This document shows positions 29,840 through 41,800 of a stretch of 64,000 bases of DNA, piece by piece. Position 1 is the stretch's first letter. Every line of letters starts with the position of its first letter. The DNA comes from Phoronis australis (taxonomy: Eukaryota; Animalia; Phoronida): NCBI GenBank assembly GCA_002633005.1, contig NMRA01000245.1, forward strand, positions 186,001 through 250,000. The letters run 5' to 3'. The notes beneath the pieces are model-generated. The model worked only from the letters and a program-made list of their open reading frames with translations. It made no database searches and was not told the DNA's origin. The position numbers and the translations under genes are program-made.

Positions 29840-32023
29840 ATTACATACAGGTCCTAAGAATATTGGCAAAATGAACGTATTTCGATACTGTATTTCGATA
29901 CTGTGATAACGCTGAGTTTGTAAACTGAAACCATTATTGTAACCCTGATTAACTCTTGCCACAAAAGCAGAAATGTGCTTAACAGTCAAGTCAGGTACAC
30001 TAGACTTTCGATTGACTTGGAATTACGCTTTTGGCAAGGTACCAGTACAGATAAAAGTGTGAATATCAGAGACTGATCATGTGATACTGGAAACAGTCAG
30101 CTTTTGAGAAGACGAAAAGGTAATTTCTCTGTTACACATGTAAAATGCCTCAAGTCGGTAATCACAAACACTGTAATTTTAAATGCCTTTTCAAGAACAT
30201 GTCCGCCTATGCCACTTGCTGCAAAGAATTGCCTCCTGTTCAGTCAGTGGCGATAATAGTCACCAGTTCCTGATGATCAACCACTACTGCATCCTGAAAG
30301 TCTGTCAGGCAAGGAACAAATTGACAGCGAGGCCATCACATTAGTTTGCCCACAAGAGAACTTGCCTGACCAGATACTTCAGAACCAGGTTTTATAACAT
30401 AAATGAACACCACACCAGAGGTATAGAAAACAGAATGACTCTAACGAAACACTGGGAGGTTTGATCATGTACAGTAGTAGTAATTAGCATGAGTTCAATT
30501 GAGATTTTGGGAATGACCTCATATCTTAAGACCCTTTCACACTAACGTTGACGCATTAATGTTTTGGGGAGTTGCGGTCAGTATGAACAGTTAACTTCGG
30601 TCCTGGATCGAAGTGGCAGCTAACTTCACAGTAACAATGGCGCGTTGATGCTACGGTGCAGAATGAACGGTCAATTTCGATCCCATCAAAGTTATCGCCA
30701 GGGACTACTGTCATCGTCAACAATTAAAGGACAGTGTCATCGCTAATAGTTGCATACATCTGACAGCAAAATCAGATGAAGTGAACCATTCCCATCCTTC
30801 TGACAGTGCTTACAAGACTCAAAACAAAGACGATAACCTTGTGCTCCCCAATTTTAGAACTAATCTCAAAATATGACTGTTTCTCTTAAAATCTAGCATT
30901 GTTAGAGGTCAGACTTTAGTGTCAAGTACCTATCACAAGTATACTTGTTCAGTATTGGAAACACACACCTGTAGGTTATCACCGTTGTAATTGAATCAAT
31001 CTCAAAGTTTGTCTGTCATTGAAATTAGCAAATTTTCAGGGTGACCAGTATCAAGATTGTTTTCTCAATATCCTCGTTGAGCACCCAACTTTACTGGTGA
31101 CGGTGTGGTTTGTTTATGGACCCTAGAATTCTTTACATATGGTTAACAACTTAAAAATCATTTCTTGGATGCCACCTGTTAAATTCACAACCTTCAGTGT
31201 ACTTGTTAAAGTTTCCTATATTAATAAGCTTTGTCACAAACAAAACATAAAGATAATCACACGATTGCATGTGAGGCATGCGTTAGATTGTCCTAACCTT
31301 TCAGCATATTGTGGTATTTTGACATAATTAGTTTTACATGTATTGACAATACATACAAAAATGATGACCACCTATAGGCCTAACAGATCGGAATCCTGAT
31401 TCTGCCTTCTAAACATTTGCAATGTAATCACTCCAAAAATACATGTACAAAAAATCCACATAAGCTTTGAAACTACAGTAACTTATTCCAAGACACACTG
31501 CCACATCAACAGTTATAGCCTAAGGCCATGACACATTCAGAAAACAAGAACATTGCTTGCAATTTCATCAACCAAATCCTTCCAGAACAAGCACGAAGCT
31601 GACTGCAAGAAATGGTAATGTTCTACTGCCAAGGCCTACAATAAATTTTCACATTTCGTCAAAAACTAGCTCAAACTGATCAGTGAGCTCCAAGCCAACA
31701 GACCATACATAAACACAAGCATGTCATGCAATATGTGACAAATAACAAAACGTTCATGGAGCCACGCTGCTTTTTGGTCGGCAGGGTGACGATTGGTGAC
31801 TGGCTCTGGATTTTCAGAATGACCACAAATGACGATCGACCACGTTTTCAAAACTAAAATCATAATTCCGCGGCGTTGTAGGCTACAAGGATTTTTGCCA
31901 ATACCCAACTCCATCATACTAAACAAACACACGCCCTTGACAATTCCACACACACTAACGGCGCATTCTGCCACAAACACTGCAATGTTCTTTCATACAA
32001 ATCATCAAAAACGTTAGGCCTAC

Positions 32024-32179
32024 CTGTAAATCGGGCAGGGAAGCATTTTTGTGCGAGACGGCTCGAATAACTCCGGCCCTCCAATCCCAGTCACAAATTC
32101 TGGATATTTTTAACTTTCCTTGACTCCTAAGAGAAAGAAAGCGTTTCCCAACTATCTCCTCTCGGTACTTAAACGCCAT
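32024..32179 (-). CDS. JMJD1C: First coding exon of a KDM3/JMJD1C-family JmjC histone demethylase (MAFKYREEIVGKRFLSLRSQGKLKISRICDWDWRAGVIRAVSHKNASLPDLQ); remaining exons not found in window
   Basis: ACCATGG Kozak start, 52 codons, phase-0 donor CAG|GTAGG. Motifs VGKRFL and WRAGVIRAVSH...PDL match the recalled N-terminus of vertebrate JMJD1C (ELVGKRFL...WRAGVIRAVSHRDSRNPDL). Confidence 0.93.
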
Positions 32180-32800
32180 GGTATCCGTCAGGTGTCCATT
32201 TTGTAAAGAAATCCGGTGAAATTCTGCCAGTTTTAAAATAAATTTCAAAGGAATGCGAACACTGCCCAAGCTTTGAGTATAGCGTAGGAATATTTAACCA
32301 TCAAAACACGATAAGGTCATGAGGTCAAAAAGTTACTATAGTGTGCATACGCGAGCATTTACCAGAATATAGTTCATTGTTTATTTTTTATCTAAAGCAA
32401 ATTAACTTCAAAAGTATCACTAAATTCTGGTGTAATTGGTGTTTTATTGGTTTTCTGCACCTGTAAAACAAAACGTTTATTCATATTTGTAAAGGTCTAT
32501 ATTAGAGTTTGTTTTGTTCTTCCATAGATTGAACATCAGCATCAAATACTCGAGTTACAAACCACTTGCTTAGTAAATTAACGCGACAAGCTTTACTTCA
32601 CTTTTTATTTCATACAACTAACTCAGTCTCGGAAATATGAAATTTGATGTTCAAAGTCGGATATCACGTGACATATTTTTGACGTCACATTTCAAAATGG
32701 AATCTTCGTTTTGTTCATAGCTTTTGCTGTTGCTGATGTTTTTTTAATAGCACACTCAAGGTTTTACTCGCTTGAATACCTCGCCAAGAAAGTGTTGGAG
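32180..32800. promoter_or_regulatory. Bidirectional promoter/5'UTR region shared by JMJD1C (-) and REEP (+)
   Basis: 621 bp between divergent ATGs. Contains DR2 AGGTCAtgAGGTCA (32314-32327), E-box TCACGTGA (32664-32671), CRE TGACGTCA (32680-32687) and YY1-like CAAAATGG on each gene's sense strand (~32195-32202 minus; 32693-32700 plus). Confidence 0.7.
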
Positions 32801-32832
32801 ATGGTGTCGGCTATCATTTCTCGGCTAATCAT
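32801..32832 (+). CDS. REEP: REEP exon 1 ([10 protein letters not shown]-)
   Basis: GAGATGG start; matches MVSWIISRLVV; phase-2 donor AT|GTGCGT. Confidence 0.92.
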
Positions 32833-35800
32833 GTGCGTACTCGTCTTTGTATTGAATTTATCTTGTGAATTCATTGTCATTATTCATTGCTCAGTTTCTT
32901 ACCGAGTTTCGCCTCGATCTGGTACCGTGTCGTTGTAGAATGCAGTGTTTTTGGCTACCTGTCGTTTTCTCCTGGGTTTATGTCCACTTGGTAGATTCAG
33001 TTGAAGACACTTAGTGTGAAAATGTAAATCAGAACTGTGTGATTTGACGTTGACCTTTGTCTGCTTTGTCGAGCTTCACTCCAAAATTCAGTTCAATGTT
33101 TTGAGTTCCTAAACAGTTTACTAGGGCTAGGCTAAACACAGCCAAGACTACTAAACATGGAGCCCCTCGGTTGCCTGGATAGGGGCTACAATACTTCCCT
33201 TTGCTTTCTGTATGGTACTTATTTCATCCCATGTATTTTAAACGGGCAGTGGGTGAAATCCACTCTCCAACTAAGATGGTTTTCACATCGTCAAGAAAAA
33301 CATTGTTGCATTGTACACTAAAAATTAACACTTCAAAGCGATTAATTTCTTCAGCGATTCTTTCTGGTTGTGTGCATACTTTTGATGAAACATGTCTACG
33401 GTAATGTTGGTCGCTGTTAACTTTTTCAACACATATGATAACCACAAAGTATTCAACTGATTTCACGTGAGTTCGGCAAGGACTGGCAAGAGACTGAGCA
33501 AAGTGCATGACCTGGCGTGTGACACTTACAAAATAGCATGGGAAGATATCAGATGGAGTTCGTAAGATTTGTGTCCCTTGAACTTTTTGTTCGTCAACAG
33601 GCGCGATTTCATGTAACTTCCTCAAAATGGAACCCAGTGTCAGTGAGGGAAGCTTGAATGAACCGTGACAGATTTTCATGGATATGTTTATGTTATGTTG
33701 ACTAAATTGAATCCAGAGTCATGGTATGTGTTAATTATTCTCCATGTGCATGCATGTTTCATTTGATTTTAATCGCTGTATTTTGAGATAAGTAACTTTT
33801 TATAATGGGTGTACTATTGCCCCTGTATGCCTGCATCGTTCAGGGTGATGTAATTGCCAAAGTCAAGACAATAACCTAGTGTCAAACCCTTCAACTAAAA
33901 GACAGTGGCTGCTTGTCAAGCGATTTAGTTTGGGTTTATTGAACTGTACATCGCGTCGGAAAGCAATTTTCAACGGACATGAGATCATTGCCAGAACTTT
34001 CGACACTCCTTATCCATACCTGGTAGTGTCCTGAAATTTGCCCTCAGTGAAGCTGTCCTTGTGTTTGAATGTGTGCCAGGCCAGTCACATCTCTCCATAT
34101 CTGCCACTGGGCGATCAGTTTTTCTCTACAGGTCTTGGATAAGACCGTAATTGGGCGCTAGTGAATAAGTCTGCAGGATAAATAGGCAGAGCTCATACGT
34201 AGGTCCCCAGCTTGTCATATATTTAGCTTAACCAGTTGACCTAAAGAATGCTTGTTCGCAGCCAAGTTATTCACACCGGCATTGAAGGGATGCAACAGAA
34301 CCAGAACTGAAAGATCACCAAAGTTGATTTTGAAGCTTTGTTGATCTTCTGTTATACCTTTGGGTTTGTTTTTGCATCTGAAGGAGAGTCAGTGGCCCTG
34401 CACCAGAACCAATGACTTTTAGTTGTTATGCTTCAAGTTCAATTGAGTCGCATGCTTTCAGCCAGTTAGATTTTTATTGATGCAAATTTGAGACACTGCT
34501 AAAATGTGGAATCATTCTGTGACGTTTCCGGCCATGTTACGGAAGACCAAGGGGAGAAAATAAAACCTCCCTGTAACTTGGGGGCAATGGACATGTTCCT
34601 GCCAGTAAATTGCTACGCTATTTCATAATTTCGTGTTCAAAGTCTGAAAGACTGGCGTGCCCAACATCATTTACACAGATTTTACTGTTGGTTTGGTCGA
34701 ATGAGCTAAAGAGTAATTGCTTGCAGGCTGAGTCAATTAATCACACTTTACACAGCTACTATGTCACTGACTGTCACTTCACTTCTGATCTTTAGCTATA
34801 TCGCAGATTCACGACAATCTGGTGGGTTCTAATCTGCAATCTATTAATTCATAATTTTCTGTGATTTTTTGCAAACAGACCCTCCCCCCAAATATAGGCT
34901 CACGATGCTATTATCCACGGGTTTCATGTTTATCATGGTTGGTGGAATCTTCTTGATGGTGAACTTTCAGACACAAGAGAAACATTGACAACTGCAACAT
35001 GAAAGTTGTAGGTAGCTGAGCACTGGGACACTTACCGAAGGAAATCTCAGGAATGTGTTTTGATTTCTGTGGGAAGCATCGGAAATTTGGTGTTCTTTGG
35101 TGCTTTTCTTAAGGTGTATGGTTGTGATGAAACAAGAAAGTTGTTAAAGGTCAGTTTCCAGCATACAAACATAACAGTCAGACTCAGACTTCCAGAATGA
35201 TTGCTTCACTGTCTGTCACAGTATATGTTTGTAAAACCCGTTGCAAGATACCGAATATTCAATTAGTCTGCTATTATATAACATCTTAATTAAGGCAGAC
35301 AGATTTTCAAGTAGAGAAACATTTTTTTGTGACTTATCCTGTTACACATGTTCTGTTTAAAGTCCCAATTTTTCTAATATAAGTGGAGGCTCGTATTTAG
35401 GGTACTATAAAGGTAAAAAATATGCTAGTTTCTAGGAAAAAAGCAGTACGCATGAAAAAATGAGTTGACTTGGAACTTAGTGGAAAATCTTGAGACTATT
35501 TAATTGATTTCTTCTCTCCCTCCCTGCCTCGCAAATTCCTCCCATCCTCCCTCCATCCCTAGGTCCCTCCATCTCGCCTTCCCTCCCTCCCTTCTCTCTC
35601 TGATGTGACCATAATCTCAGTTCCTACACATTGTGCCTTGACCTAGTCTAACCTTCTTCAAGCACCTTTTGTTTGCAGAAAAACACTTTTGTAAGCCATC
35701 AATGTCTTGAAACCTTCCATCTCTAATGTAGATACCTTCTGTATGCAGGAATAACTTTTTGGAGGTGATAGTCAATGCTGATGGGGAAAGGGGCTATACA

Positions 35801-38800
35801 GATGGGGAGGCCTATCTATAGGAACATCGCTATTTTGTAGCTGAGCTGTAGCTGGTTATAAGGATGTAGTCTGTGTACAGATCGCATTTCATTGGGGCAG
35901 ACAGTGTGGTGGAATTGCTGGTGTCCTTGATCCAAAGGCTTGATTGAGCAAATGGGTTTTATGCCTTGTCTAAACTGATGTTTGGAATCAATTTACATTT
36001 AATCAATTTATCCTAATTGGTGTAAGGATATGCAGGGCCATATTTTCAACTTTATGTCGAATCCGGTTTGGACACTGTGTCTCCTGGTTGAAGAATCTGA
36101 TTCATACTCACTTCTCATCTTGGACAGAGGTAGACTCTAGAATCTAGATCTGTACATGAGCAAGTATACGTCACACTTCCACGTCACGCTGCTCAAAGAA
36201 GTGAATGTGTTTGGGTTATATAGACTTGAAACCACATCCACAAGCAGGTTCTGCTTGAATCAACTCACGGCTCCTAAATTGATTTAAACCTTGACCAATT
36301 TTAAATCGATTTTAAATGTTTGGAGTAAACGAGGGGGGGGAGGGGGAGAGGGGTTTAAACAGTTGTTGCTAGGTATTTCCTCCTCTGAAACGAGTTCTTG
36401 AGTTTCCCAGGTAGAGATAGTGAGGGGAGATATGCTATAGAAAGCTATCACTTCATAGAGAGAATGCAAGAAACAAAACCTTGGTTACAAGCCTTTGGTG
36501 GGTGGGGGGGGGGGGAATGAGGTTGTTTCAATTCCATCTTTTACTTGTTATGATTTCTAGTGCACCAAGAACCAAATTATTTGCTTCTTCTTACATTACA
36601 GTTGATAATGATCGACAGTCTTGGTCCAGAACACTAAATTGTAATTGCCTAGTGGATACACATTTAATTGACCATTAATGACCAAGTTGGCAGCAAATTT
36701 TCTTAAAGTTCAAGTGTCATTGATCTCAACACTCTGACTCATTCTTCGTCCTACCACTCTCGCTCTTGTGTTGACGCATGTTGCAACAGCCGCCCATTTT
36801 TTTACAATAGTCATGAGAACGTGAACACATCGACGCAGAATTTGCATTTGGACAAGATCCCCGATCATACTTTTCTGGCATTGTGCATGTGTGTTGGCAA
36901 TGTTCGCTAGATGGCGGTAGAACAGCCTCCCGTTCAGTAACGCGAGGACCTCGCTAAAAAGCAAGACTTCGTGAGATTACGTGAGATGTTGCCGTGTGCT
37001 TTAAATGAGAACTCGTGACTTTGGCTAGATTTTGGCTAGATCCTAGTGTTACTGAACGCACGCCAGTTGGTGGACAATGCTCAGCGCCATCTACTGTTTA
37101 CTTGTGTGATTTAAATTGGCTTCATCATAAGCGCGATTTATAATGAACAGCTATCTCATAACATTTTTATCATTTGAATAATGTAATCATCCTTTGTTAA
37201 TTGAAAAATGGCTTTTTGACAATTATTTTATGCGAAATCAAGAGAATATTGTACCTTCAGTCAATGATATTGTCATGTTTCACAAATACAGTCCCAAATA
37301 CTATCATCTACCAGTGCTCAAGGATCAGTGTTTGTTATAGGTTATGTTTTTCCTGTTGTTACAGACTGGTGTTTGGCACTCTGTATCCTGGCTATGCTTC
37401 ATACAAGGCTGTTAAAACCAAGAATGTGAAAGAATACGTAAGTGTCCAATCTTTATCTCTGACTCTATCTCTCTTTAGTTCTGTAAAAATGTTGGCATAT
37501 ACCACAGATTGTATTTTTTGGGTGTTCTCCACAACCTGTTTTGACTTGTCAGTGCATTGAGTTTGAACTTTGTTGTGACAAGTGTGGCTTAATGTGTTGA
37601 TTTTGAAAAACTACCCAAGGAGTTAGAAGCATGGGGAGATTAGTCATTTCTTAAGAAAATGGGACATTTTGGACTGTTGGTACCAGTTCAGTGCATTTAT
37701 TGCAAAATTTAATTCACAAACTTCCCACAGTATGAACATGGATTTTCAAACATAAATTTTGTAATTCCAATTGAGTTTGAGTTTTCTGTTTTGGAGAACA
37801 TTTTTTTTTGCCTTTATTTCAGATATTTTCATAGCTTACATCCTCAGTTGCCATTTTGTTCAATAACTACAGATTTGGTTGGTAAATTAACCCTTAAACA
37901 GGGTTGGAAGTCTGCAGTGTAAGTGTAGAATCAAGTTCTATACACATCGAGCTCAAATTGCACATTGAATATCAACCTGCGATTGCTTGAACACCTTTAT
38001 CTTAAGAAATAATACGGGGAATATAACTGCACGGAAATCAAGCCCTTCGAAGGAACTTATTCTCTTGAAGATTTGACTTTTTACTTTTCGCTTGTTGCTC
38101 CGCCATTTGCATTTTTAACCTACCAGTGAACTCACGAACTAAAGCATTCACTGGGCTCATTGGCTGGCATTCGGGTCACTGCTTGACACGTTAGGTAAAA
38201 AGTCTAAGAGAAGAAGATGGCAGACGATTTGATTTGTTGCTGTTAGAGGAAGGTGAAAAGAGACGAAAGATAACCAGTAAGACTGTCTGCGGTTTTCTAA
38301 ACATGTCGAGGGAATTTGATTTGGTTAGTACTAACACACTGAACAAGAATTTTCCTCCCATTCTTTTGGTTTACATCCATTTCACCAAGTGGTGACCTTC
38401 AGGTCTGTTTAAGAGCTGAGTATTGGCTATTTCCACCCTTAGCTCTGCAGAGCACTCTGCTTGAACTCTTCACTGTACTATTGGGTAAACAAACCGACTG
38501 GGATTTTGTTCATATATGTTTTCCTAAGTACCCAGTTGAGATATAACTGACCCTGGATGTGGTTGACCAGCTAGAAATGTGAATACATTGCCAAACCTGC
38601 TCTCAGTTCCTTCTTCACTTAGATGCGAGGTTATTTCTGGGCTTTGAAAGAATTTAGAGCATTCTTTATTGCACTGCAAGTTGACTTGTCATAGGGTTTT
38701 TTTACACGTGGAACCTAATCTCAAGAAATAAGCCGTCAGTTATCCCCAAGCCAAGAAGTTGTTTCTCTTTTGAATAAGTTGAAATTAAAAACTGTTTTAT

Positions 38801-41800
38801 ATCTGTCACTGATCTTATTAAAGGAATGTTTATGGTTCCGTTAAGGGTTTATCTGGCAAAAGTCTGACTTTTGATTTAGGTCACTTTGTACAAAATCTCA
38901 TCAATTTAGCACACAAGTTGATAAACAAGTGAAATTTTCATTTTTTCACGTCTTCTTAAATCATAGCTGCACCTAAGAAATGCAACATAATTTCCAAGTT
39001 CGCTACCCCAGCTACAACATGACAATGTGTCGAGAAAATGTGGCTATTCCCAACAATTTTGGAACCCTTATGGCAATTTGCCATCTAGTTAAATCCTATA
39101 CTAGGGAAGTGTCATTGTAAACTGCGAAGTTTAAGCTTTCCCATTAGCTTTGATAGTTAATATACATCAGAGTTTTCACTAGGTGGTGCTATCTTTGTCA
39201 AAGTTAATGCATGGGGACATGATCTGACATTCGCCCTGGTCACAGTAGTGACCCCTGTTGATAACAAGGATGGAGGCTGGAGTTGAGTATTGCCACAGTA
39301 GTGACATGTCCATGCTGCGCTGGTAAATCCACTTGAGCTGTTAACTTTGATACAAGATGGAGTTTTTTAAAAGCATTTCCACTGACCGACACTCCCCTAA
39401 ACATTGGAGCGTTGGAAAGGCCTTTTTGTAACATCAAAATAGATCAATCTTGGCAATTTGTGCGAGGCACACAGCTCAAGTCATACCTGTCCATCCCTGC
39501 TAACTTTATGGCTAGGGAGGTACATATCAAGCTACATCGCTCACGTGTGCACTTACATGAACTGCGAGGATTTTTACATGCCCGGCAGTGTGAGATGAGC
39601 TAAGTACCAAGCGGATTGGTTACCTTCGGATAGATAATGAAAATTAATTGTTGCATCAACTGACAACAGCAAATCTCTTCCCTGGCTCGTTGTTTTCGTT
39701 TGAATGACATTTACGCAAGGTTTAATAAGAACACAGTTCATAGGTGAGTGAGCATTTTGCCTCATAGTGTGCAGATAACAATGCCGTCAGGTACTAGATT
39801 TCACTTGAGGCAGACAGTTCAGCTGCGTCTACACTGGCCTTAAGGCTTGTGACATTTCTTTTACTAGTAAGCTACATTTCTCACATTTTATGTTTAATTT
39901 CAGGTAAAGTGGATGATGTACTGGATAGTGTTTGCGTTGTTTACAACTGCTGAAACGTTTACAGATCTCTTACTATCATGGTAGGTCTGTGTGTGGTTTT
40001 GGTGTGCTTGAACTGGAAAACTTACTCCGTCTCCAGGTTGTAAACGCTTAAACTTGGAATTCTTAGTTTTTTTTCTGACAATGACATAAGGAGACTGATA
40101 GGCTCGTGTGCAACAACTGCTTTGGGTTGAGGACGAAACCAGCTGTCTTGTTAATGTAAATTAACTTGGTTACATGTGACCGAGGTTTTCAGGTGTTCTG
40201 AGCTTTGTAGAACCAGCTGTGTGAAGTATGTAAATGAAGACTAGAAGCCCTGGAATACAGATCAGGAACACAATTTTTGTTTCCAAAGTGCATTCTCAGC
40301 TCTGCAGGCATCTTGTCTGTCAGTTGTCAAAACGATTTGAAAGATTTTTGCGAGACTGGACACTGCGATATATGGCAGTGACGTGCTGATACCACATATT
40401 TGACTGCAATAGCAGCTCCCCATCGGCCTTTTTTTCCTCACAATTTCCTTGACATTAGATTATCGTTATAACAGTTAGGTAGAGTTCGTTGGAAATTGAC
40501 ACTAAGATATAAAATTAGTATGTTCGGGCATCAGTTGATTTTCGAGCGGATCTGAGTGGTGATGCACTACCTGTTAGCCATTTTAGTTTCTGATGAGATA
40601 TTGCTTTCCCTTGATTATAGTCAAGATTTTTTTGGACCTTGACATAGAGGGCAGCAATTTTCATCTTTGGCAGCATTGTTCTGAATATGTTGTGTGATGC
40701 TAATAAACGCCCAACCAAACACACACCCTAAGGGGTGTAGTTGTGGTGGCGTTTCAATGCTTTGCTCTTGTTAATATAAACACAGAGTGATGTTCTGTGC
40801 TGTTTGAAATACTAATACATTGTCTGGAATAATGTCTAACAATCAAAACACTTAAACCATCTCCTTAAACCAGCATTTTGCTCTGTTTCGGTACCTTAAA
40901 GCAAAATTCAAATTTGTCCTTTTACTCTCACAGAACTGGTCTGATGGCCTGTGACTTGTATTTGCGGCTCATTCGTCAACAACTCAAGATCTGACCAGCC
41001 TTGTTATGTTTTTAAACCCCAGAGCCCATGGGTTGTTAAGAATTCGAGATTGATGGCTAGACAGCAGCAAAATGCAGCTTCACTTGAAATAGTGATCCCT
41101 GGTTATCTTAGTGAGACAGGAATGAGTCACACTACCTTTGCTTAATGGCTACTGTGAATGCAGAACCAAAGTGCCATCCACACACAATCTGACCCTAGAA
41201 CACATTACTCCTGGAACAAGTCCTCCTCGCTAGGTTTGAGTGGTGTTTTGACACAATTTAAACTTGTGGAACTTTCCCCACTTGTCACAACTTAACGCCA
41301 CCTTATCGAGGTAGGGTAACTTTTGTCACTTCTAATCACTGACAGTAGTAATTATCAGATGCAGTTACACGCAAGCTGGCCTTCTTTTTCACCGTACTCG
41401 CATCAGCTGTCCATTATCAATTATTCGATGTGTGTGTGTGTGTGTGTGTGTGTGGATGCTCCACTTAAGTGAGGCAAGTTGTTCCAGGGTAAATCTGCAT
41501 GTGGACGAGTCCTAAGATGCTGAATTTTGCTAGGTCGCTTATTAGTCTCTATAGTCTCATGGATAGTCAATACTCATTGGAGCGCCAACAGTTAACACAA
41601 AAATTTGTCTTTTCAAGGTGATCAGGGTTCTGCTGTTCTGGTAAAAGCTGTGTCAAAATGTCTTTCCAAGACGGCCACGGATCTGCATTTTTATTGAGGA
41701 TGACACCAAAATCGTTGCTTCCCTCTTTCTCTGACATGTAATTATGAGAGCAGAAATCTGTGCAGGGATTAGTCCTTGAACTGACTTGTGTAAACCATTG

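Larger units (their letters stand above)
1..32023 (-). other. JMJD1C: Probable very large first intron of JMJD1C/KDM3 (>32 kb)
   Basis: Begins at the GT donor after exon 1. No expected exon 2 (VEFDD..W..REW type) was recognised by eye. The plus strand looks A-rich throughout (T-rich on the sense strand), switching at the promoter. Confidence 0.6.

Noticed and set aside
33224-33679. 151-aa minus-strand ORF, the longest in the track
   Set aside because: No recognisable domain; antisense within REEP intron 1 and overlapping a degenerate repeat-like segment.
33979-34001. bantam-like miRNA (TGAGATCATTG)
   Set aside because: Only the first 11 nt match and there is no complementary star arm.
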